Shown here piece after piece: positions 32,896 to 41,572 of a stretch of DNA of 56,586 bases. Numbering within the stretch: the first letter of the stretch is position 1; every line of letters begins with the position of its first letter. Source of the stretch: a virus. Its lineage: Duplodnaviria > Caudoviricetes. The position numbers were made by a program, and so were the translations under genes. The notes beneath the pieces are model-generated. The model was not told where the DNA came from, did no database searches, and was given only the letters and a program-made list of their open reading frames with translations. The stretch is taken from positions 1-56,586 of the IMG/VR virus record IMGVR_UViG_3300037488_001194; one strand, given 5' to 3'.

Positions 32896-35028
32896 CTAGA
32901 CCTCTTCATGTGGTTTAAGACTGATCTTCCAGATCGTGGTACCACGCACGATCCTTCGTTTCAGTCTCTCATCCGTGGATGAGAGGTTCGCCAACATTCT
33001 TCCAAGTGCCCGAGCCCCGTGGATAAACATCTTCACGGAGTCGCGGAGACTCGCATCGTTCTGGAAACCCAATAGTAGTTCCGTCGCTGTACCGGACCAC
33101 TCCTCGTAGTCTGGATGATCCTTGGCGTACTGCTTTAGGTACAAGTCCAAGAACTCCGAGAACTCGTGCGAGCCGGACGATGATCTGGATTCCTGTAATA
33201 GTATCGGATGATGGTAGGATTTCACACCGTACCGTTCCGAACCTTTTGTTTCTTGCGGAGGTGTCCAGCTTACCAACCATGCTGCGAAGTGGGGGATCTC
33301 CTGATTGAGGGTCGCCTCCAAGTCCGCGTGGCTGGGGAACTCAATGCCGTGATCCTTGAACTTGAATAGACTAATCTTATCGAGGATCGAACCGTCCGTG
33401 TGCGGAATCGCCTGAATGGATTCAGGGTCGTCGTTGAGAGTATCGATGATCCGCCCCATCCAATCCACGGTCTGAGCATCATGGAACTTCCTGTGATATG
33501 CATGACGAGTATTGGCGACACCCTTCTTGATCATCTGGCTAAACTTCTTGTGCGACTCGATGGAGTTGGCGGAGGATGAGTCGTCGACGTTCCATACTGC
33601 GACTTCAAATAGCTCGGCGTTGAACGACGAACCATTGACGAGGTAATCCGATGCGTCGCTACCTCCCCCCATGAGGCTAGCTACAATGCGTGATCCGAAG
33701 AGAGTTTTACCTTTCCCGACGGGTCCCGCTATGAAAACTGCCTGACCGGGTACGAGGCGACCTTCTAATGCAGAGCAGTAGAATCTCTTAAGCCATGCCA
33801 TCAGGTAGGTAAGGGAGTCGTGGGGGTCTAGGGCACGGTCTAGGAAGTTGGCTATCCAAGGAAAGCCCTCTCCCCAAGCGTGACTACCCTCCGCCGGCTG
33901 TACGATGCGTAGGCGGGAGATGTTGAGCACCCTACGCCCGTTCTGCACCAGGACCTCTCTTGGGTCATAAAGACAAGGAATAGGGGCATCTATGATGCGA
34001 GAATCACGTATACGGCGCATCGCCTCATCTGCTTGGGATAGGGTACCCCGTAGATCGGGTGCTCCGGATAGCCCAAAAGAGCCAATGATATCCTGCTTAG
34101 CTACCCCAGACTCCGTAGACCTCCACTTACCTTCTAGGTCCCGACGCCAGTAATACTTGCCGTCGAACCAGAAACTAGAGATGGCACCACCGTATTGATC
34201 CTCTTGGAACTCCCGTACCCAGTTGGAACCGAATAGGTCTGCCCAGTTGTAGAAGCTACGCTCTTGAGAAAAGGCAACCATGCCCGTCTCGGTGACGATT
34301 GCCGCGGTTGGGTTTACGGATTCTGGATTCCAGAACGCAGGGCCTCGGGCTCCGACTTCAAACGGTCCCATCCACTTTCCTGGATAGGTTGCTTGCAATC
34401 TCTCGAATACTTTATCGAGCGGGATTGCAGCGTCACCTTCTCCGCGATACTTGCGGGCTTTCTCAACCGCTTGTCCGAGGATGTTGTGGATCGCTGTGGA
34501 TTTGATCGGTACTTCGCTGAACGGAATCGCTGGTGGCATCCAGCAGTAATATTGTTCGGGACGTTGGATGTTATCGTCTAGTCCGGGGAAAAGATTTTTA
34601 GCATTGGTTTCTTTTATTAGTAATCCGAGGAACTCCTTCATCACTCCTGGAAGAATGGCGATGGGTTCTTCGAACATCCAAATCACACGGCAGTTTCCGC
34701 TGACCGTCCTGTGGGCGAACATTGGTTTGAAACCCGTGCGTGTTCTCCGTGCGAGACCATCAACAATTTCTTCGCGTGTGACGACTGCGTCGTAGTCCGC
34801 AATCAGTCCGTGCATTTTCCACGGAGCATTGGATTTGTTTACACGGCCATGAGGGTTAACGCCCTCGTAGCCAGAAACAAAATATCCCTCGGTGGTATCT
34901 GCGGATACCCAGTCTTTGAAAGCATCTTTTGTTTTCGGAAACTTCGGCCATTCCTTGATCTCCCAAGGTTTGACGGGAACGATGTTTCCGCTCGATAGGT
35001 TAGGGAGTGAGAAAAGAGTTGTTTTCAT
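32896..35028 (-). CDS. Primase-helicase (N-terminal primase/RepB-like, C-terminal SF3/DUF5906 P-loop)
   Basis: ADYD and T.SG motifs; Walker A GPVGKGKT; FNAEL...VDD Walker B-like; coupled to polA. Confidence 0.75.
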   Translation of the reverse strand: MKTTLFSLPNLSSGNIVPVKPWEIKEWPKFPKTKDAFKDWVSADTTEGYFVSGYEGVNPHGRVNKSNAPWKMHGLIADYDAVVTREEIVDGLARRTRTGFKPMFAHRTVSGNCRVIWMFEEPIAILPGVMKEFLGLLIKETNAKNLFPGLDDNIQRPEQYYCWMPPAIPFSEVPIKSTAIHNILGQAVEKARKYRGEGDAAIPLDKVFERLQATYPGKWMGPFEVGARGPAFWNPESVNPTAAIVTETGMVAFSQERSFYNWADLFGSNWVREFQEDQYGGAISSFWFDGKYYWRRDLEGKWRSTESGVAKQDIIGSFGLSGAPDLRGTLSQADEAMRRIRDSRIIDAPIPCLYDPREVLVQNGRRVLNISRLRIVQPAEGSHAWGEGFPWIANFLDRALDPHDSLTYLMAWLKRFYCSALEGRLVPGQAVFIAGPVGKGKTLFGSRIVASLMGGGSDASDYLVNGSSFNAELFEVAVWNVDDSSSANSIESHKKFSQMIKKGVANTRHAYHRKFHDAQTVDWMGRIIDTLNDDPESIQAIPHTDGSILDKISLFKFKDHGIEFPSHADLEATLNQEIPHFAAWLVSWTPPQETKGSERYGVKSYHHPILLQESRSSSGSHEFSEFLDLYLKQYAKDHPDYEEWSGTATELLLGFQNDASLRDSVKMFIHGARALGRMLANLSSTDERLKRRIVRGTTIWKISLKPHEEV

Positions 35029-36788
35029 TTCTCGTAACACTCCGCTTCTTTGGATTCGCTACCAATGGGACAGCCCGGTAGCCATTCTGGTGTGGTACTC
35101 ATAATGTGGTCTACGTCCTTACATTTCACGTCCTTATCAACTTCAAGGATAACTTCGTCGTGGACGTGAAACAGAACACGAAGCCCTTGGTTTTCTAGGC
35201 GTTGGACACATTCTGCGAACACGTCCCTCGCCGTTGCCTGAACTAGATTCTCACATAGCCGTCCGCCGTAAAGCGGATATTTCGGTCCTCCCAATTCCAG
35301 CGAGGCTCTCCAGTCTGGTTTGCCATGCTTGCCCATTTGGGGCGTGACATCCCAATACTTTTGCGCCCGACCGGATGGAAGCTCGACGTGGTAGTCTTCG
35401 CCTTTGGATTCCCGGAGCCCTCGCTCCAGCTTGCTCCATAGCTCCACCACTTTGAAATTTTTACGGCGGTAGTCGTCTACCAGCTCCCTGCTCCTTGCCT
35501 CGGTGATTGTGAGGCCAGCCATGAGCTTGGCGATCAAGACGAACTTCTTGGAACCGCAACCGTAGCCCAGTCCCAAGACCTGTGCTTTAGCTAGGGCATA
35601 GAGTTCCTTGGATTTCTTGAAGGTATCCTTCTCACCCTTCCACATCCCCGTCGAGATGGCGAAAGCTTCGTAGATGCCATAGCCGTTCCCTACAGCCTCA
35701 AGGAGGGCCGTATTGCCCGCGAGCCATGCCAGTACCCTTGGCTCGATCTGGGACAAGTCTGAGATAATGAACTTCTTACCAGCCCTAGGGATGAGGCAAG
35801 CCCGTAGGTCTACCCCGAAGCATGGGTCCCTTGGTAGGTTCTGGAGGTTAAACTTGCTATCCCCTGACCACCTGCCGGTATGGGCACCAAAGTACTTTAG
35901 CCCGAAAGGCATAGTCCCGTCAGGTCTCCTACGACGATGAAGCATGTGCATCTTCTGCAAGAGCATGTTTGCCTTACGCCAGTCCCGCATAGCCCCGACC
36001 CAAGGGAACTTCTCACCATAGGTTTCCTCCCATAGCTGACAGCCGGGGTCGTCCTCGGAAGTAGATGGGGGTACTTCGATGCCAGCCTCACGGCAAGCTT
36101 TGGCTAGCCCAGTCACGGACAAGACGTCGCTGGTGTAGTCCCCGTCAGTCTTCCATGGCATATGCTCGATTGCTTTGATGCGAATCCAATCGAGGGCGTT
36201 CAGCCCCTTGTCGACCATCTCGGTGTTAACATTGATGCCATGCCACCCAGCCTCGATGGTGTGCTTTGATAAAAATTTTTCCACAGCAGACATGCGATTA
36301 CCGAAAGTCTCGTAGAGATCCAAGCAATGCTGAGCGTCCTTCGCTGCGTAGAGTTTAAACGCCGTACCCTGCTCTGTGTCCTTAACTTCATTCCAAGTCT
36401 TGCCCTTCATAGCCGAGCGAGGATCTTTCGACATGTCGATGCCGAGGAGTTGTTTAGAAGCCCCAGCCAGATTACGAGGAGCACCCATGTAAGCAGACAG
36501 GTTAGCTGTGCAGAAGAATTCCTTTGGCTTCGCCTTGGTAATCCCTAGCTCATGCAGACGTTCGATACACGATCCGTCGAATGCGTAGTTATGAGCGACC
36601 CAACGATGACCATCGATCTTATCCCATGGTGCGTTCTTAGGGTGCCCAACGTATTCGACTCCAGGTCCTTTGATGGCGACCATGTAGATATCTGCTTTTT
36701 CGTGGCGTAGATAATGCCAAGTACCCAGCGTCGTGATCGACGTTTCTTTGTCGTAGTATGTTTCAAAATCTATGGCGTAGGTATTCAT
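35025..36788 (-). CDS. polA: Family A DNA polymerase with 3'-5' exonuclease
   Basis: DFETY, AHNYAFD, YAAKD exonuclease motifs; HTGRWSG, NLQNLPR, DLSQIEPRVL (A), K...LGLGYG (B), ENLVQATARD, VHDEV (C). Confidence 0.95.
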   Translation of the reverse strand: MNTYAIDFETYYDKETSITTLGTWHYLRHEKADIYMVAIKGPGVEYVGHPKNAPWDKIDGHRWVAHNYAFDGSCIERLHELGITKAKPKEFFCTANLSAYMGAPRNLAGASKQLLGIDMSKDPRSAMKGKTWNEVKDTEQGTAFKLYAAKDAQHCLDLYETFGNRMSAVEKFLSKHTIEAGWHGINVNTEMVDKGLNALDWIRIKAIEHMPWKTDGDYTSDVLSVTGLAKACREAGIEVPPSTSEDDPGCQLWEETYGEKFPWVGAMRDWRKANMLLQKMHMLHRRRRPDGTMPFGLKYFGAHTGRWSGDSKFNLQNLPRDPCFGVDLRACLIPRAGKKFIISDLSQIEPRVLAWLAGNTALLEAVGNGYGIYEAFAISTGMWKGEKDTFKKSKELYALAKAQVLGLGYGCGSKKFVLIAKLMAGLTITEARSRELVDDYRRKNFKVVELWSKLERGLRESKGEDYHVELPSGRAQKYWDVTPQMGKHGKPDWRASLELGGPKYPLYGGRLCENLVQATARDVFAECVQRLENQGLRVLFHVHDEVILEVDKDVKCKDVDHIMSTTPEWLPGCPIGSESKEAECYEK

Positions 36789-37075
36789 TTGATTTTGATA
36801 ATGGTGATCCTGTCTTCACCGATGATTGCGTTGGCCATCACTTCTTCTATGAACGCCATTACGGCAAGGCAAGCTGAAATTCCCTGCGTGTCTGTTCTGT
36901 CCACGTCTTCTAAAATTTTACCTAAGGCCATATGGGCCTTTACGTGGTTATCAATAACCTCAACTGGACCAAACTCTTCGACAATCAGTTTTGCTGATTT
37001 TGCCGCTTCGTCCAATCGTGGGTCAGGAATTACTACAAATTCTTTTGCTAATTGTTCTGCTGTTTTGTGGTACAT
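36785..37075 (-). CDS. Hypothetical protein
   Basis: Coupled to polA. Confidence 0.5.
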   Translation of the reverse strand: MYHKTAEQLAKEFVVIPDPRLDEAAKSAKLIVEEFGPVEVIDNHVKAHMALGKILEDVDRTDTQGISACLAVMAFIEEVMANAIIGEDRITIIKIK

Positions 37076-37206
37076 AAAATTTTGCCCGATTCATCTGTTC
37101 CGTCGTCGGGACCGCTACGGTAAAAGGTTGCCCCCTACTGATAGGGCTATGGCTCCAGGGGGCACCGCAGATGATACGGCCACAATGAAGAGACATAACC
37201 CAAGTT

Positions 37207-37365
37207 TTATTTCTGCCAAAAAGCATTGCCTTGAGACAAATGTCTCAATTCTTCTTCCTGCCTGATCTGTCGTATCCAACTATTTCTTTCAGCGTTGGTT
37301 CCTATGGTGTACCCAACGATCCAGCCAATAACCGACGACCCTAGACCAACCAAGATGAAGAGCAT
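37207..37365 (-). CDS. 52-aa membrane-anchored peptide (not in ORF track)
   Basis: MLFILVGLGSSVIGWIVGYTIG hydrophobic N-terminus. Confidence 0.45.
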   Translation of the reverse strand: MLFILVGLGSSVIGWIVGYTIGTNAERNSWIRQIRQEEELRHLSQGNAFWQK

Positions 37366-37366
37366 A

Positions 37367-37627
37367 TTAGTCCAGCGTCACGATGGCAGGGCCACCGTCA
37401 AGAGATGTTGCGATCTCGCCTTCGGCTGGCTTCTCGACAATCTGACCGCCAAGCTTTTTGTTGGCGTCTTCCATGCCGAGTTCGAGAGCCTTCTGGACGT
37501 ACGGCAACAAGAACATTGCCGCGGACTTCTCTTCGTTACAAACGTTTTCGTCTTGGGACATTCGGATCTCAAAATCCATTCCCTTACCTTCTTTGTCGTA
37601 CTTGCATTGAATCATTACTGTTGTCAT
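37367..37627 (-). CDS. Hypothetical protein
   Basis: Coupled ORF. Confidence 0.5.
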   Translation of the reverse strand: MTTVMIQCKYDKEGKGMDFEIRMSQDENVCNEEKSAAMFLLPYVQKALELGMEDANKKLGGQIVEKPAEGEIATSLDGGPAIVTLD

Positions 37628-37902
37628 TTGTTTTTACCTTTCTTTGGTTTTACTGACTTCTTCAACCATTTTTCAAAGTGTTTTTTATCCACGTCCTGCA
37701 TACAGTGCAGGGCGTAGAAGCCGAAGATAACTGCTGACATTGTGCTATCTTTTGCTTGGTTGAGATACTTTTGATCTGGATACATGAAGGTTACTGATTT
37801 GTCAGTATTAAACCGCAAACCTGTTTCCTCCTGCAAATCAATCGGCAGAAGATATAATCTCCCACGAACTAATAACTTTAAGGCTTTGATTACTTCATTC
37901 AT
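37624..37902 (-). CDS. Hypothetical protein
   Basis: ATGA coupling at both ends. Confidence 0.5.
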   Translation of the reverse strand: MNEVIKALKLLVRGRLYLLPIDLQEETGLRFNTDKSVTFMYPDQKYLNQAKDSTMSAVIFGFYALHCMQDVDKKHFEKWLKKSVKPKKGKNK

Positions 37903-38177
37903 TTCTTTTTTACCTTTCGAGTTTTCAATGTTGGGCTCGAATCTTTTATCTGTCCAGCTTTTTCTTCAGCTGCCTGTCTACGCTTTCTGGCGTGTTTGAC
38001 TTCGCTACCAATGATGCCTCGGAAACCATCTCCATAGTGCATACCTCGGCGTTTAAAGAAATCATTCATGCCTTTATTGAACTTGGCTATTTCCGCCATA
38101 GTCAGTTCCCTGCTATGGCCAGAGACACCCATACGTACGCTTTCACGTTTTTGTGATGGGCCAAAGTCATCGCTCAT
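37899..38177 (-). CDS. Hypothetical basic protein
   Basis: Likely start MSDDFGP overlapping the upstream stop codon. Confidence 0.5.
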   Translation of the reverse strand: MSDDFGPSQKRESVRMGVSGHSRELTMAEIAKFNKGMNDFFKRRGMHYGDGFRGIIGSEVKHARKRRQAAEEKAGQIKDSSPTLKTRKVKKK

Positions 38178-38479
38178 TGAAGTTTCCCTCTTTTCATTTT
38201 GAATAGAAGGAATGCACAACGAACCAAAGCTCTTTCCATATGAGCTACCCTATCTTCCCCGAGAGCGTCCGGATTAGGCCGGTTGCCATCGAGTTGCATA
38301 AGTGACTGGCATATGTGGGAAATTGCACGATCTGCGTTATAGCGGATGCTATCATCGAAGAACCATTGGCCAAAAGTACTTTTGTCCGAACCTTTCTCCA
38401 TGATGCGGGTGACGGTGCAAAAAGTTTCGTTCGCAACCTCGTTGATACTTGGCGCTCTAAAATCATTTTGCTGGCTCAT
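38174..38479 (-). CDS. Divergent DUF5664 / dATP-dGTP diphosphohydrolase-like protein
   Basis: IMEKGSDK..GQW......DRAISH......D..GE...HM.RA....FL pattern resembles the family (G..KY...W...RH...D.E.G..HL). Confidence 0.45.
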   Translation of the reverse strand: MSQQNDFRAPSINEVANETFCTVTRIMEKGSDKSTFGQWFFDDSIRYNADRAISHICQSLMQLDGNRPNPDALGEDRVAHMERALVRCAFLLFKMKRGKLQ

Positions 38480-38651
38480 CTTCTAAATCCTTCTGGATAC
38501 ATTTTGCCATCAACTTTGCCGCGTCGATTTGGCAGATGGTTGCTCTAAAGATTGCTGCACCAGCATGCGTATCACAATCATCTCTCAGTTTAGCCAGCAT
38601 TGTCTTACTTCTTTCTAATGTTTCAATCATCCATTCTATATCGTATTTCAT
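38463..38651 (-). CDS. Hypothetical protein
   Basis: AGGAG SD; coupled. Confidence 0.5.
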   Translation of the reverse strand: MKYDIEWMIETLERSKTMLAKLRDDCDTHAGAAIFRATICQIDAAKLMAKCIQKDLEDEPAK

Positions 38652-39082
38652 TTGTTCTCCTGTTTGCGGATTTCCACTTCGGCATATCTGCCTATCTTGG
38701 CGATCTCGCGTTCTGCTTCTGTTTGTGTTCTAAAGAAAAGATCGATTACGGGAAGTCTTTTTTTCTTGGGTTTTGACCATTCGCTTTTCCTGTTGACGAC
38801 TGCTGTCCCGGTATCTATTGCCCGCACAACTTTTCCGGTCTCCTTGATCGTGACGTATGAACCGTACGGAATTACGTACGGGTCAACCGCACAGGATTTT
38901 CCAGAAACAAGTTTGCGTCCTGTAGAGGATTGCATCTTGCTCGTCCATGCATCTTGGCCACACCAGTAAGCAGTAATACGTACAAGCATCACCTTTGGAG
39001 GTTCGACTTCCCACATTAGATTGGCCGCGCTAACCGGCACCGACCAGATGATAAAGGCCCCGACTAAATGCCTCACACGCAC
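38648..39082 (-). CDS. 3D-domain (MltA-like) lytic transglycosylase with signal peptide
   Basis: RITAY, SSTG, CAVDP.VIPYGS, AIDTGTAV and VIDLFF supply the three conserved Asp residues. Confidence 0.85.
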   Translation of the reverse strand: MRVRHLVGAFIIWSVPVSAANLMWEVEPPKVMLVRITAYWCGQDAWTSKMQSSTGRKLVSGKSCAVDPYVIPYGSYVTIKETGKVVRAIDTGTAVVNRKSEWSKPKKKRLPVIDLFFRTQTEAEREIAKIGRYAEVEIRKQENK

Positions 39083-39366
39083 AACTCATCCTCCACCTCG
39101 ATTTCCTCCGCCTCCAGCGGTGGTTCCTCGATTTCCCTGAACCTCTCTTGGTTGAATCCTCGTTCAGGGTATGGTGGTGTAGACGAGTTTGGGTTTGGCA
39201 TGTCTTTTAGATAAACAACAATCTCGGGGTCTCCGTTCCATCCGACCCCCACACCCACGTCACGCACCATATACTGGGCATTCTTTACTGGCAGGTGTGT
39301 ATAAAAATTAACTACTTCCTTTGGGAAGTTATCGTCAATGCAAACTACTTTCGATCCTCTTCTCAT
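39073..39366 (-). CDS. Conserved hypothetical protein
   Basis: G.KVVCIDD...Y.VR...ERGF..ERF motif. Confidence 0.55.
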   Translation of the reverse strand: MRRGSKVVCIDDNFPKEVVNFYTHLPVKNAQYMVRDVGVGVGWNGDPEIVVYLKDMPNPNSSTPPYPERGFNQERFREIEEPPLEAEEIEVEDELCV

Positions 39367-39500
39367 TTGAATAGTCCTTGTATTTTCTCAATCACCCATA
39401 GAATGAGGCCAACCATAAAAAATATTAAACAGAAACCCAACATCAAGGCCACACTTAAAAACATGATCTGACCGATTAGATCTCCAAGCAACCTGATCAT
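39363..39500 (-). CDS. 45-aa single-TM peptide (not in ORF track)
   Basis: IMFLSVALMLGFCLIFFMVGLILWVI; ATGA coupling at both ends. Confidence 0.5.
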   Translation of the reverse strand: MIRLLGDLIGQIMFLSVALMLGFCLIFFMVGLILWVIEKIQGLFK

Positions 39501-39682
39501 CCTTTGTCCTCCATTTCATTTTCGCTGTTAGCACATATCTTCATAACCTTGTCGATATCCGCGTTTTGGCTAGCAAAAATAACTATTTCCGTTTGATGGC
39601 TATCTTTATCCATTCCCGTGATTCGATACGCAAACCACCGTTTGGAAGCCCACAGCCAGAGTTGATATAAAATTGTGTCCAT
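39497..39682 (-). CDS. Hypothetical protein
   Basis: Likely start MDTILYQ immediately after the terminator. Confidence 0.4.
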   Translation of the reverse strand: MDTILYQLWLWASKRWFAYRITGMDKDSHQTEIVIFASQNADIDKVMKICANSENEMEDKG

Positions 39683-39722
39683 AAAAAAGTGAGGGCACCG
39701 GGCTGTTACACCCGATGCCCCC
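39683..39722 (-). terminator. Rho-independent terminator after the SSB-like gene
   Basis: Minus strand reads gggggcatcggg-tgtaacag-cccggtgccctc-acTTTTTT. Confidence 0.8.
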
Positions 39723-39729
39723 AATAAAG

Positions 39730-40473
39730 TTATCCGAAGATTGCTTTCAACTGCTCACAGTTTTCGGGGGAGTGCTTCCCACCGATCTTGAGCTGGGGCA
39801 CGAAGTACGAACCCGAGGGGCTAGTACGAATCTTGCTGGTCAGCTCATAGTAGGCTGTGTGGAGACCAGACTTCAGGAACAACTGACTGTCCGTGAAGAC
39901 CTGCTTTCCGGCAGAGCGGTAGGCACTCTTGGCCATGAGCCATTGAGCCAAACCGTACTGCTTGTCACCGACGGCAAACGGGAACAAAGGATTATCTTTG
40001 TCCGGCGCCTCGATGGCGATGATGGTCTGGAGAGCTTCGCTGTACCGATCAGTATCAGCCTCGGCTTCCGGATCGTTAGCCAACGCACCACCTGCCGCAC
40101 GTACGTCGGACAAGCGGTTGAAGGTCTTGGCAATCTGGTCAGAACCATAGACCACATCTTGGATGTAGATCTTCTGGAGACGCAGAAAGGTGATCTTCGC
40201 CGGCTTCTTGCCGTCGCCAATCACGACCTCACGATTATAAACGAATGAACCAGGTTGGAACGTGTTGGACAGTTCGCCTGTTTTAGCCACGAGGTTCAGC
40301 CGAGGGACGGTAAAGTCCTTCGCTGAGAATTCTCCCTCGACTTGGCCAGCCAATGTGTTGACGGACAGCGAAGCCATTGGGGCTTCGATAATCGCGCCTT
40401 CCTCTTTCGATTCGTCGACTGCTGGGGTTGCGGTTGCTTTAGTTCCTTTTGCAGGAGCAAATGATGTCTTCAT
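39730..40473 (-). CDS. Putative single-stranded DNA-binding / annealing protein
   Basis: D...PRL.L......G.F motif; sits between the DUF2800 nuclease and pol genes; followed by a strong terminator. Confidence 0.5.
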   Translation of the reverse strand: MKTSFAPAKGTKATATPAVDESKEEGAIIEAPMASLSVNTLAGQVEGEFSAKDFTVPRLNLVAKTGELSNTFQPGSFVYNREVVIGDGKKPAKITFLRLQKIYIQDVVYGSDQIAKTFNRLSDVRAAGGALANDPEAEADTDRYSEALQTIIAIEAPDKDNPLFPFAVGDKQYGLAQWLMAKSAYRSAGKQVFTDSQLFLKSGLHTAYYELTSKIRTSPSGSYFVPQLKIGGKHSPENCEQLKAIFG

Positions 40474-40480
40474 ATTTTGT

Positions 40481-41572
40481 TTAGTTTGTTTCTTTTGTTT
40501 TTGCTAAGTAGGTAACCTCTCCTCCGCCTTTCAATAGATTGGCTTCGTTGAGCTTATCCTCCAGAGCTTGTTTTGCTTGTTGTTTTTGGCCACGCGGAAA
40601 TGATTCCGCGTAAGCCTTTTCTAGCTTGCTCCACGATATCGTGGCACACGCTGAAAATTGTTCTGCTGTTAATTTGTCTTTGATGATGTCGTACGTTTGC
40701 GTGGCGTCAACAATTTCTTTTTTCCCTGCACGAGTTTTGAGTTCATAGCCTGGGATGTCACCACCCGACATACGGAAGTCCATATTTGATTTCTTGACGC
40801 TGTCGCACCACCTTTCCATGACGCGACGGATGGATTCAGCCTGCGATCTCTGGTCAGGAGTCGCAAGAGTAAGCGGGTCTGCGAGTACCGGCAACTCTGC
40901 GTCTCGGAGCATGTCGTATCCTTTGCCGATGACGAGGGCTTTTGAATGTAGTGCTTTGCATGTACCTTTGTTTCCACAGTAGAGACATCCTTTCTCCGTC
41001 GGGTTCAGTTCCGGTTCTGGTTGCTGAGCTCGAGCGATGATTGTTTCTACGCGGAGTCTAAGCCTATCGTAATCTTTGTCACGACTAAAAGTATGTCTGC
41101 TAATCATATTGATGCGTGGTTGTGCGAAGACCACCTCGACTTCGTCAACGTCTTTCCACTTCTCAAACACGCCCACGGCGTAAGCCCAGCCTTGAATGTT
41201 TTCTTCCGCGTCGTCCACGGCATGCCATCCGAACTTGGCATCACCAATCTTGGCTTTGCCTTTTCCGATCAGGACGATGTCGGCGGTACCGAATGTTTTA
41301 CCTTCGGCAATTTGTAACTGTACTTCTGGAAGATCAGCAACAATTTCGCCCAGCTCGTTCTTCATCTGTTGGAAGACGTCGGATACCATCAGCACATTCT
41401 TTTTCTGCCACTCGTCTAAGCCTTCATAGTTTCCAGTCTCAAGGGCTTTATGCATCATTGTTCCCTCGAGAGCGGCAATAGATCCGCCTTCCGTTGGCTG
41501 TGGTTCGTTGTCCCATCCGGGGCAGATCTCACGCCATTTGAGTGAACTTGGTCCGTATTTGTGGTGGCTCAT
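40481..41572 (-). CDS. DUF2800 / Cas4-like PD-(D/E)XK exonuclease
   Basis: H...GPSS...CPG, EGT..H, FGTAD, D.KFG, Q...YA.G, QPR, C.YC....C. Confidence 0.85.
   Translation of the reverse strand: MSHHKYGPSSLKWREICPGWDNEPQPTEGGSIAALEGTMMHKALETGNYEGLDEWQKKNVLMVSDVFQQMKNELGEIVADLPEVQLQIAEGKTFGTADIVLIGKGKAKIGDAKFGWHAVDDAEENIQGWAYAVGVFEKWKDVDEVEVVFAQPRINMISRHTFSRDKDYDRLRLRVETIIARAQQPEPELNPTEKGCLYCGNKGTCKALHSKALVIGKGYDMLRDAELPVLADPLTLATPDQRSQAESIRRVMERWCDSVKKSNMDFRMSGGDIPGYELKTRAGKKEIVDATQTYDIIKDKLTAEQFSACATISWSKLEKAYAESFPRGQKQQAKQALEDKLNEANLLKGGGEVTYLAKTKETN

Noticed and set aside
35025-38479. 2-aminoadenine (Z-genome) or 7-deazaguanine system
   Set aside because: No purZ-, datZ-, dpdA- or que-like genes are recognisable; only a weak DUF5664-like gene is present.
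40481-41572. Cas4-like nuclease as a sign of CRISPR-Cas
   Set aside because: DUF2800/Cas4-like nucleases are routine in phage replication modules; no array or other cas genes are seen.
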